A stretch of DNA of 64,000 nt from a virus (taxonomy: Duplodnaviria; Caudoviricetes). Position 1 is the stretch's first letter. Every line of letters begins with the position of its first letter. The translations under genes and the position numbers were made by a program. Under the pieces are notes generated by a model. It saw only the letters and a program-made list of their open reading frames with translations, made no database searches and had not been told where the DNA came from. Positions 21,756-29,852 of the stretch are shown here, one piece after another. Where the stretch lies: the IMG/VR virus record IMGVR_UViG_3300021387_000661, positions 160,001 through 224,000 of that record. One strand, written 5' to 3'.

Positions 21756-23399
21756 ATGAAGTTGAAGAAAATGTCATTTAGGAATTTCAAGTCATATAGT
21801 AATGTGTTGACTGAAATTTCCTTTGGGGACAATTCTTCTCTCAATCTTATTGTTGGAGAGAATGGTACAGGTAAGACATCAATTGCTGAATGTGCCACAT
21901 ATCTCCTATATGGAAAGTTGGAAAACTTTACAGCATCTGACATTCCTAACAGAATCAATAAGGCATTCTATGGAAAAATAGAATTGGATTGTGATGGACA
22001 CCAGATTATTATAGAGAGGGGTCTTAATCCTGGTCTGTTCAAAGTTGAGATAGATGGCGAGGTCATTGACACTGCTGGTAAACTCAATGTTCAGACAATG
22101 CTTGAAGAGAATTACTATAAGATACCTTATTCTGTTTTTCATAACATCCTGGTTTTGGAGGTAGATGAGGTGAAATCACTTCTTTCTATGAGTGTTTCAG
22201 ACAAGAGGAACATCATAGATAAGATTTGTGGATTTACCATTTACAACAAATACAAGGAGTTTGCAAAGTCAGATATGAAGTCATTGGATGAAAAACTCAA
22301 TGCTAATTCTGCTTCCATCAGAACTATTAATGCCAACATTGTTCAATATGAAAGGCAGATAGAGGAGATAAAGGAGAATTCTGTCACCCAGGTAGAATTA
22401 GATGATCTTCTTCAGAAAGTAAATGAAATGAAGGAGAAGAAGGCAAAGAATGATGATATGTTGAGAAAGTTGAGGGCTGCTGGTGACCAACTCAAGAATG
22501 TAAACTATAAGAAAGCAAGTGATTATAACCTTTTAAAGAATAAGGTACAGGAGATTGAGAAGAAGATTGCATTTATTGATGTTGGAAAATGTCCAACCTG
22601 TGGTAGTTCACTTGAAACAGAAGATTTCCAGAAGTTAAGGGAAGATTTGGTGAAGCAGAAAGAAAGTTATCTCATCCAGATGGAGCAAATCAAGGAGATA
22701 ATTGGAAAGGCCAGACCAAAATTGATAGCCCTTGAAAAGAAGGAAAGAGAAATCAATGCAGATAATTATAAAATACCTCTGGCAGATGTCCAATCCGATT
22801 ATAAGTATAAAATGACCCTCAAGGACAGAGGTACATCAACTGTTGAATCATTGAAAGAAAAATTAATGAAAGACCTTGAGGTATTGAATGATGAAAAAGC
22901 AATATTGGAGAAGGAGAAGACCTTGATGGATTTCCTTACCCTTATGTTCAGTGATGGTGGTATCAAGAGATATATATCCAATAAGTATATACCTATCATT
23001 AACAATCTTATGTCAGATATGTTGACTTATATGGGTCTTGATTACACCATTACATTCAATGACAATTTTGATGCAGAGATTGTTCAAAATGGTATGAAGG
23101 TAAAGTATGCAACTTTGAGCAAGGGTCAGAAAGCCAGGGTTGATTTTGCAACCATAATTTCTTTTGTGAAATTTTTGAAATTACAGTTTGGTGAGTTGAA
23201 TCTTCTGTTCCTGGATGAACTTTTCTCACATGTGGACATCAATGGTATGAATGATATGATTGACATCCTCAAGAATTTGAGTGCTGATATGAAGTTGAAT
23301 ATATACCTCATACATCATGCAAAATTGGAGAACATTTTGTTTGACCAGGTTATGCAGACAAAGATGACAGATGGGTTCAGTAGAATTGAGTATCTATAA
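21756..23399 (+). CDS. recombination endonuclease ATPase subunit (T4 gp46 / SbcC / Rad50-like)
   Basis: FRNFKSY, GENGTGKT, coiled coil with CPTC zinc hook, LSKGQ signature, LFLDE, IHH. Confidence 0.9.
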   Translation: MKLKKMSFRNFKSYSNVLTEISFGDNSSLNLIVGENGTGKTSIAECATYLLYGKLENFTASDIPNRINKAFYGKIELDCDGHQIIIERGLNPGLFKVEIDGEVIDTAGKLNVQTMLEENYYKIPYSVFHNILVLEVDEVKSLLSMSVSDKRNIIDKICGFTIYNKYKEFAKSDMKSLDEKLNANSASIRTINANIVQYERQIEEIKENSVTQVELDDLLQKVNEMKEKKAKNDDMLRKLRAAGDQLKNVNYKKASDYNLLKNKVQEIEKKIAFIDVGKCPTCGSSLETEDFQKLREDLVKQKESYLIQMEQIKEIIGKARPKLIALEKKEREINADNYKIPLADVQSDYKYKMTLKDRGTSTVESLKEKLMKDLEVLNDEKAILEKEKTLMDFLTLMFSDGGIKRYISNKYIPIINNLMSDMLTYMGLDYTITFNDNFDAEIVQNGMKVKYATLSKGQKARVDFATIISFVKFLKLQFGELNLLFLDELFSHVDINGMNDMIDILKNLSADMKLNIYLIHHAKLENILFDQVMQTKMTDGFSRIEYL

Positions 23400-23428
23400 A
23401 AAAGAGTGAGATTGATTCTCACTCTTTT
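23399..23428. terminator. bidirectional intrinsic terminator
   Basis: AAAAGAGTGAGA / TCTCACTCTTTT. Confidence 0.8.
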
Positions 23429-23832
23429 TAGTTTGTAACTAAATATATATCACCATCATTACCTATTGAACCATCTGGTGTCGAACTACCAGAAATATAG
23501 ACATTTACAGATGGGATTGTAATGTTACTTGTCATCATTTTATTGGCACAAGATAATGTTTGTTCTGAAGTGGATAATGTAACAGATGTTATTGTACTGG
23601 TATCAACACTTATAGTTGCTGAATCTGCATAATATCCTTGTGATATAGTAACTGCTGTTGTGTCTGCTGTTAGTTTTGATGTACTGACATTTCTAGGTTC
23701 AATATTAGAAATAGCATTAGCACAATCATCAATCCTACCTGGTGAAGCAACAGTTATACCAAGTTCTGACAATTTGTTTTTTATACTTGAAGCAGCTGTT
23801 TGAATTCTTGATATTTCATTTATAATGGCCAT
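23428..23832 (-). CDS. putative small virion/tail-associated protein
   Basis: Ser/Thr-rich beta content; C-terminal PDGSIGNDGDIYL motif typical of fibre-associated proteins; in late transcript. Confidence 0.5.
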   Translation of the reverse strand: MAIINEISRIQTAASSIKNKLSELGITVASPGRIDDCANAISNIEPRNVSTSKLTADTTAVTISQGYYADSATISVDTSTITSVTLSTSEQTLSCANKMMTSNITIPSVNVYISGSSTPDGSIGNDGDIYLVTN

Positions 23833-23842
23833 AATCTATATA

Positions 23843-24445
23843 TTATTTTTTAATTATTTTTCCTTTAATATTTGAGTATTTTCTGTATTCAAAATCAGCA
23901 AATACTAAAAATGGTTTGTTTGTTAATTCCAAATCTCCTTCAATTTCTGGTGATATTCCAGATATATCCTTAATATGTCTACATCCAACTATACAATAAT
24001 TTCCTCCTACTTTTTGGGGGGATCCATCAAGAGACTCTAATAATAGATTGACATTAGCAGAAAAATTACCACCAACTATTTCCGGTCCACCAATAAAGTT
24101 TCTTATTTTGTTTTCATAAATTACAAAATCACCAGTTACCTCATTTGGTGAATTTTCAAGTGTATCAAGATTAAGGTCACTCAACCATATTGTTCCATCA
24201 ATCTTTCCAAACTTGAAAGGTAATTTTTTATCAACCAAATCAAATGGTTTTACCATAATATTTCTATGAATATCAAGAGAAAAATCTGAATTGATTGTAT
24301 ATTCACCTTCTTTTAAATTATGTCTTTCAATGAACTCTTTAATTGGTTCTAATTGCCAACTATCCTCATCTTTATATTCCTTACCATTACCCCTTCTTCT
24401 GATGTCACCCCAGACAGATTCAGATATTTCGCTTAATCTTTTCAT
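23843..24445 (-). CDS. leader-module protein with leucine-rich-repeat-like cargo
   Basis: MKRLSEISE|SVWGDIRRRGNGKEYKDED leader, then LxxLxxSPxxVxGxF repeats; late motif at 24468-24461. Confidence 0.7.
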   Translation of the reverse strand: MKRLSEISESVWGDIRRRGNGKEYKDEDSWQLEPIKEFIERHNLKEGEYTINSDFSLDIHRNIMVKPFDLVDKKLPFKFGKIDGTIWLSDLNLDTLENSPNEVTGDFVIYENKIRNFIGGPEIVGGNFSANVNLLLESLDGSPQKVGGNYCIVGCRHIKDISGISPEIEGDLELTNKPFLVFADFEYRKYSNIKGKIIKK

Positions 24446-24478
24446 ATACTCTTTACTATATATTTATGAGAATAAAAA

Positions 24479-24507
24479 ATGGATTTCACAGTAAATGTGA
24501 AATCCAT
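24479..24507 (-). terminator. intrinsic terminator
   Basis: 12-bp stem ATGGATTTCACA / TGTGAAATCCAT followed by a T run on the minus strand. Confidence 0.7.
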
Positions 24508-24528
24508 CGAAATATATAGATATGTGTA

Positions 24529-25428
24529 TTATGTTGTTAAAATGTACCAGGCACCAGACATATCTTTAAGTTCTTGGATTATGTTTTCTTTCTCTGTTGA
24601 ACCTTCATTGGCAATTGCCTCAACATTGACAGATATATTACCTGGCATCTGATATGAGAATGCACCAAGGATTCTACTCAACTGGACTTTACAGTCAGCA
24701 ATAACATATCTACGGAATAGGTCATCATTATACAAATCACAATCAGGAACTCTCACAAGTACATCAAGAATGACATCACTCTTTGGAAGTTCACCAAGGA
24801 ATCTCAAATTGTTTGTCAACCTGTTATATTTGAAGGAGATCATATTCTGGAAGATTTGTCTTGATATATCCAGGAATGCCTCTGTACAGATATAGTACAT
24901 GGTATTGTCAGCAGAGACTGCCATAGTCCTGTCATATACAGACTGATAGACCATCCTATGAAGACTTACATCACCGGAGTTCTTACCAAGGAGACCAGTG
25001 TTCCAACCACTTTCGCCGGACCACCCCCCCAGAGAATAAACACCAACTACAGAAATAACACCGTCTGGAAGAACATATGTCCCTCTTGTATGTCCAGTAT
25101 TGGGTTCTTTACCTTCTCCTTTCTTGAATTTTGCTGTTACCTTATTATCTCCTGGACCATCCATGGAATGAATACCCCTCTGGAATGAATGCTTTCTTAT
25201 TTCTGATTCAGGTATGGCTATAAACATTTCTTCAGACGCATCCTCATAACTTTTGTAGAACATTGTCTTGGCATTTTTAGTCAACTGGGCAATGGATTCA
25301 GCAGGGATGGTAAAGGGTATTGCACCATTCACAGACATTTCATTTTGAATACTCTCAACAAAGTCATTCAGGCACTCAACCTCATCTATATCAGAACAAT
25401 TAACTAATGTACTTACTTTTGATGCCAT
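24529..25428 (-). CDS. neck protein (T4 gp13-like)
   Basis: C-terminal YVIADCKVQLSRILGAFSYQMPGNISVN...EGSTEKENIIQEL resembles gp13; late motif at 25458-25451. Confidence 0.65.
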   Translation of the reverse strand: MASKVSTLVNCSDIDEVECLNDFVESIQNEMSVNGAIPFTIPAESIAQLTKNAKTMFYKSYEDASEEMFIAIPESEIRKHSFQRGIHSMDGPGDNKVTAKFKKGEGKEPNTGHTRGTYVLPDGVISVVGVYSLGGWSGESGWNTGLLGKNSGDVSLHRMVYQSVYDRTMAVSADNTMYYICTEAFLDISRQIFQNMISFKYNRLTNNLRFLGELPKSDVILDVLVRVPDCDLYNDDLFRRYVIADCKVQLSRILGAFSYQMPGNISVNVEAIANEGSTEKENIIQELKDMSGAWYILTT

Positions 25429-25430
25429 AG

Positions 25431-26396
25431 TTATAATTTACTTATATAAGTATTTATGATACTTTTACATTCATTAATGTCTGTTGTAAATACTTCCAAA
25501 TAATTTAATTTATTTTCTTTTGCAATAGTTCTTTTATTAACATCCCTGACTGTCCAATTATATATTGCTTCTGTGTAAAATTTTGTATTCTTATTTTCCC
25601 ACAGTTTAATTTTTTCTAAATCATCTGGATTGGATTTATTAAATGGATGCCTTCCATGTGTCCAGGATCCTTGTATTTCTATATATAATTTTAATTCTGG
25701 TATGTAAAAATCACAAGAAAATGGATATGAATTATCTTTATGTTGTCTTTCAACAGATGGGTATAATTCTTTCAACCAATTATAACAATCTGTTTCAATT
25801 TTTGATGTACCAAATGTATGATTTTTTCTTTTTGTTTCAAATTCATGTTGTTTCCTTTGTTCATTTATTTCAATAGAATATTCTTTCCACTTTTTTGTTT
25901 TTGCATAATTATTTACACCATATTTTTCTATACAAGTATCTGCTGCTTTATTTCTATTGTTATAATTTCCATTACCATATTTTAATTCTTTAGTTTGATA
26001 ACTATGTTCTTTATGTCTTTCAGATTGATTAACACATTTTGTACTACAATATTTTTTATATCCTTCCTTAAATGATTCCATAGTACATCTTTTCCCACAA
26101 ATTGGGCATATACCCAATCTTAATTCATAATCATTTTGAAGAAAATGCCATAATTTTTGACAAAATCTCCAAGTCTTTGATTCCTCTGGAAATGAAATAC
26201 CTTTATATTGTTGATATAATTCTGGAAAGAATTTCAAAAATCCACCATTTAGTTTGTTATTAGTATAAGATTCACAAACTAAATTACCACTTTTATCTTT
26301 ATTTAATTTAGTAAGAAAATAGAACACATCAGATTTATTTGTTCTATCAAAAGATTCAGGAAAACCATAGTCTTCCAAAGAATTAAACTTTTTCAT
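25431..26396 (-). CDS. free-standing homing endonuclease (zinc finger, EKYG repeats, PD-(D/E)XK/Vsr-like C-terminal domain)
   Basis: CPICG...YCSTKC, LKYG/EKYGVNN repeats, CDFYIPELKLYIEIQGSWTHG. Confidence 0.75.
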   Translation of the reverse strand: MKKFNSLEDYGFPESFDRTNKSDVFYFLTKLNKDKSGNLVCESYTNNKLNGGFLKFFPELYQQYKGISFPEESKTWRFCQKLWHFLQNDYELRLGICPICGKRCTMESFKEGYKKYCSTKCVNQSERHKEHSYQTKELKYGNGNYNNRNKAADTCIEKYGVNNYAKTKKWKEYSIEINEQRKQHEFETKRKNHTFGTSKIETDCYNWLKELYPSVERQHKDNSYPFSCDFYIPELKLYIEIQGSWTHGRHPFNKSNPDDLEKIKLWENKNTKFYTEAIYNWTVRDVNKRTIAKENKLNYLEVFTTDINECKSIINTYISKL

Positions 26397-26454
26397 AATT
26401 ATCGGTTAATTTTATATAGAAGGAGACTGCCAGATCTCCTATACTATATTTATG

Positions 26455-26553
26455 AAAAATGGGAAATGAAATCAATCATTTCCCAATAGAGTTTGACTTG
26501 AAACTGGCATTTACAAGTCATTGTGGAATAACCGATAAGACCACAGAACTCTT
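26455..26553 (-). ncRNA. candidate small RNA with three-way junction and two loops antisense to the endonuclease leader
   Basis: Late motif at 26565-26558; closing stem 26488-93/26547-52; hairpins 26494-520 and 26522-545; terminator hairpin 26460-485 plus U5. Confidence 0.55.
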
Positions 26554-26560
26554 AATATAT

Positions 26561-27514
26561 TTATGATACTTTTTCCAATATAGGATTATCAACAACAGCA
26601 AGGAATGTGTCTATCAAATCCACAACAGACTTATTGGTAGGTTTTTTCTTTGGTTTGAGATATATCCTGGATCTAAGTCTTGATGTAGTAAGTATATAAT
26701 TATTACTCAACATCCTTTCCAAATTCACATATTTATCAAAAAGAGTTGGTGATGTTGCCATTGAAACAACACTGTTATCTTTTTTAGATATTTCTATTAT
26801 CAATGTCTTTATCCTACCACCAATGGATTCAATTGGTATGAATATCTCAATGATATCACTATCCGTTATTGATAGTCTTCCACCAATTTTTTCATTGATT
26901 TTCTTGCTCTTTGGTTGATAGTGTTCTGAAAGATATACAAAGAATTCTTCATAACCAAAATGGTCAATGTCATCCTCTTTCTTGATGTCAGAACCATTAC
27001 CTCTTTTTCTAATGTCACCCCATACAGATTCATCTATATTCTTTATTAGTATTGGTTTTTCTGCATTTGTAGATATGGTATCTATCACATCAAGAAGCAG
27101 TTTATTTGAAATAGTATTATCTTTTGATTTGATGTAACTTAAACCACTTGGATCTCTATATATTTTAAAATTATCTGTTAATTCTTTATAGAAACCTACA
27201 CATTCTTTCTCATTGGCAAACAAAATGATTTTATTTATATCGCCATCTGTATAATATGCAACAAGTCTATGAACATTATATCTATACATAAACATTGGTA
27301 ATGAAAAATATAGATAATTATTTTCTGTACTACTTTTTAATGGTAATACATGTACATTTGGATCTTGATGATATATTGTATATATATAATCAAACATATC
27401 ATCTCTATCAAGATGTTCAATATCATCCTCTTTTTTGACATCAGTTCCATTACCTCTTTTCCTAATGTCATTCCATACTGATTCATCTATATATGTCTTA
27501 AAATCTGGTATCAT
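26561..27514 (-). CDS. leader-module polyprotein (2 units)
   Basis: MIPDFKTYIDE|SVWNDIRKRGNGTDVKKEDD; internal IDE|SVWGDIRKRGNGSDIKKEDD. Confidence 0.85.
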   Translation of the reverse strand: MIPDFKTYIDESVWNDIRKRGNGTDVKKEDDIEHLDRDDMFDYIYTIYHQDPNVHVLPLKSSTENNYLYFSLPMFMYRYNVHRLVAYYTDGDINKIILFANEKECVGFYKELTDNFKIYRDPSGLSYIKSKDNTISNKLLLDVIDTISTNAEKPILIKNIDESVWGDIRKRGNGSDIKKEDDIDHFGYEEFFVYLSEHYQPKSKKINEKIGGRLSITDSDIIEIFIPIESIGGRIKTLIIEISKKDNSVVSMATSPTLFDKYVNLERMLSNNYILTTSRLRSRIYLKPKKKPTNKSVVDLIDTFLAVVDNPILEKVS

Positions 27515-29057
27515 ATCTTCTCAATTAATTTACATATTCTGCTATCCTTCACCCTTTCCAAAAGGAAATCAATCAGACTGATAAAAAATGTATTTGTCAC
27601 TTCACTTCCATCCTTTGGTTTAATCTTAATGTAATGTGATGATATTATATTACCTTGTTTGTTTATAACATCTTCAAGGGTAAAATGATATTTCAAAAAA
27701 TTATATAAATCTGGTGCCCAGTCTTTCAGAGCAGGACTTATAGATATATATGTTTCAGTATTTAAATGTTTAATACTTAAATATAATGTTTGTGGATTAT
27801 CCTTACCAGAATAATCCATTAAAACAGGAACACTTAATGTCACATCATTTACCCTGACCTGTTTTCTTTCAAAAAAAGCATTACCCTTTGCTGATTGTTT
27901 ATAATGAGTGTCTATATAATCATATAAACCATCAATATCCAACAAATCAATGTCATCCTCTTTCTTGATCTCAGAACCATTACCCCTTCTTCTAATGTCA
28001 TTCCAGATAGATTCTTTGACTATCCTTTCAATTGCTTTTGATGGACCAATTTGAGCATTATCTAAAATGAAATTAATTACTTCAATGAAGAATGAATTTG
28101 TTATTTTACTTCCATCCTTTGGAGATACAATATAATATATATGGTTTCTTCCTTTATCAGATTTCAGTGTAAATTTATCTTCTAATTTGAGTAATAAACC
28201 TTTCTGAAAACTATAAGGTAAAGTATAATTTATACACACCATTTGACCAAGATTAGCATATTCCCAATCCTTACCTGTTAATTTTTTTAAAGTGTTACTA
28301 TATTTTTTGGTATCAAAATACATTGTACAGTTATTATTCCCAGCAATAGGGACAGTAATTCTTCCATATTCTGGTGAGTTTTTTATTTCATATACATTCC
28401 AAGGTGATGGTAAAACTTTATAATAATTAATCAGATAGTCATACATTTCATCTCTATCAAAAGAATCAATGTCATCCTCTTTCTTGATGTCAGAACCATT
28501 ACCCCTTCTTCTAATGTCATTCCATATTGATTCACCTATGTATGTCTTAAAATCTGGTATCATTTCTTTTCAAGTATTTTTAATATTTTGTTGTTATTAT
28601 CTGTGGTGTTGTTCAAGATGAAATCAATAAATGCTTCACAAAATTTAGAAGTTATTCTACCATCCTTTGGTTTTATTTCAAAATCAATCCAATGATCCAT
28701 TCCATCAAATGTGGATATCTCTGGTGAATAAGTATCTTTAATTTTATCAAACAGTTGATTGATATCATCTTTAATGTGTGTCACAAACTTTCTTAATGAT
28801 TGTGTTGTATATCTATCTGGATCAATTGAAGCAAAAGTTATTTTATTTTTATATATTTCTACTGATGAATATGAATTTAACCCGATAACCTTGTAAATTG
28901 GTATATGGATATAATCATTTTTGAACTCAATATCATCCATACCCACAAAACCAACAAAATAATGTACACTTATAAAATTATAGATATCATCAAGTATATC
29001 TTCATTCTTGACATCAGTACCATTGCCTCTTTTCCTGATGTCATTCCATATTGATTC
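26969..29057 (-). repeat. five in-frame ~63-bp copies of the leader module (29057-28995, 28533-28471, 28014-27952, 27484-27422, 27031-26969)
   Basis: Direct repeats of the GAATC..TGG..GACAT.AG.A..AG.GG.AATGG..CTGA..TCAA.AA.GA.GAT type, seen directly. Confidence 0.9.
27511..28563 (-). CDS. leader-module polyprotein (2 units)
   Basis: MIPDFKTYIGE|SIWNDIRRRGNGSDIKKEDD; internal VKE|SIWNDIRRRGNGSEIKKEDD; ATGA-coupled. Confidence 0.85.
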   Translation of the reverse strand: MIPDFKTYIGESIWNDIRRRGNGSDIKKEDDIDSFDRDEMYDYLINYYKVLPSPWNVYEIKNSPEYGRITVPIAGNNNCTMYFDTKKYSNTLKKLTGKDWEYANLGQMVCINYTLPYSFQKGLLLKLEDKFTLKSDKGRNHIYYIVSPKDGSKITNSFFIEVINFILDNAQIGPSKAIERIVKESIWNDIRRRGNGSEIKKEDDIDLLDIDGLYDYIDTHYKQSAKGNAFFERKQVRVNDVTLSVPVLMDYSGKDNPQTLYLSIKHLNTETYISISPALKDWAPDLYNFLKYHFTLEDVINKQGNIISSHYIKIKPKDGSEVTNTFFISLIDFLLERVKDSRICKLIEKI

Positions 29058-29087
29058 TCCTATATATGTCTTAAAATCTGGTATCAT
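28560..29087 (-). CDS. leader-module protein (1 unit)
   Basis: MIPDFKTYIGE|SIWNDIRKRGNGTDVKNED; TAATG-coupled to the spike gene. Confidence 0.85.
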   Translation of the reverse strand: MIPDFKTYIGESIWNDIRKRGNGTDVKNEDILDDIYNFISVHYFVGFVGMDDIEFKNDYIHIPIYKVIGLNSYSSVEIYKNKITFASIDPDRYTTQSLRKFVTHIKDDINQLFDKIKDTYSPEISTFDGMDHWIDFEIKPKDGRITSKFCEAFIDFILNNTTDNNNKILKILEKK

Positions 29088-29779
29088 TATCCTATCTTTA
29101 TTTTCTTTGAGAAATCATTTGGAGTAATTTGCTGAATTGGCTTCGATGACTGACCATCCGATGTGAAATGTGTATGTTCATTGAAAACCTTCATCAACTT
29201 ACTTCCCATAATGAGCTTTTCCTCTGCATCTGATGTTAATTTTATATTATCACAATCTATTTTAACAGCTGCATCAGTATGAATGGTTATATCATTTGTG
29301 GAAGTGTCTATTGAAAAACCGGCATTATTTTTTGTCTTGATTTCCAATAGATTGTATTTAGGCATTGATATAAGATTACCATTACACTCTATTGTAAGAC
29401 CCTTCTCTGGAAGATAATAAATCTTCATATAATCCTTTGAACCATCTTCATTATAATCTTCTGAAAATGCAACAATCTTCACTTTGTCACTGTCTTCTGC
29501 ATTATCATGAAGAAGGTCTTTCACATTCCCCCTTATTTCTACCGGACCATAATATGTGATGTTGTATGTGTCCTTTACATCAACATATACCCTGTCTCCA
29601 ACCTTGGGTACTGAATAACTACCAGATGTTGGATTCGGGCCAGGAAGTGCCCAAGGAAGATCATCGTCAAGTATAACATATTGGCCTCTGATTTTCTCTG
29701 TGTGTAATCCAAAAACCCTTATCTGACATCTATTTTTGAACTTTGGATCATAATTATTTACAACAATTCCTGTTTTCAT
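29087..29779 (-). CDS. baseplate central spike (T4 gp5 / gpV-like OB-fold, HxH tip)
   Basis: GIVVNNYDP..NRCQIRVFGLH, LPWA, VPKVGDRVYV; C-terminal FNEHTH metal-binding motif. Confidence 0.8.
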   Translation of the reverse strand: MKTGIVVNNYDPKFKNRCQIRVFGLHTEKIRGQYVILDDDLPWALPGPNPTSGSYSVPKVGDRVYVDVKDTYNITYYGPVEIRGNVKDLLHDNAEDSDKVKIVAFSEDYNEDGSKDYMKIYYLPEKGLTIECNGNLISMPKYNLLEIKTKNNAGFSIDTSTNDITIHTDAAVKIDCDNIKLTSDAEEKLIMGSKLMKVFNEHTHFTSDGQSSKPIQQITPNDFSKKIKIG

Positions 29780-29780
29780 A

Positions 29781-29823
29781 CATAAATATTTTGTAAAGTG
29801 TCACTAATACATAGATATTTATG
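29781..29823. promoter_or_regulatory. pair of late promoters serving divergent genes (CATAAATA + at 29781; - at 29823-29816)
   Basis: One motif per strand, serving terminase and the spike/leader-module operon. Confidence 0.6.
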
Positions 29824-29852
29824 GACATTTTTTATACAACTATATATTTTTT

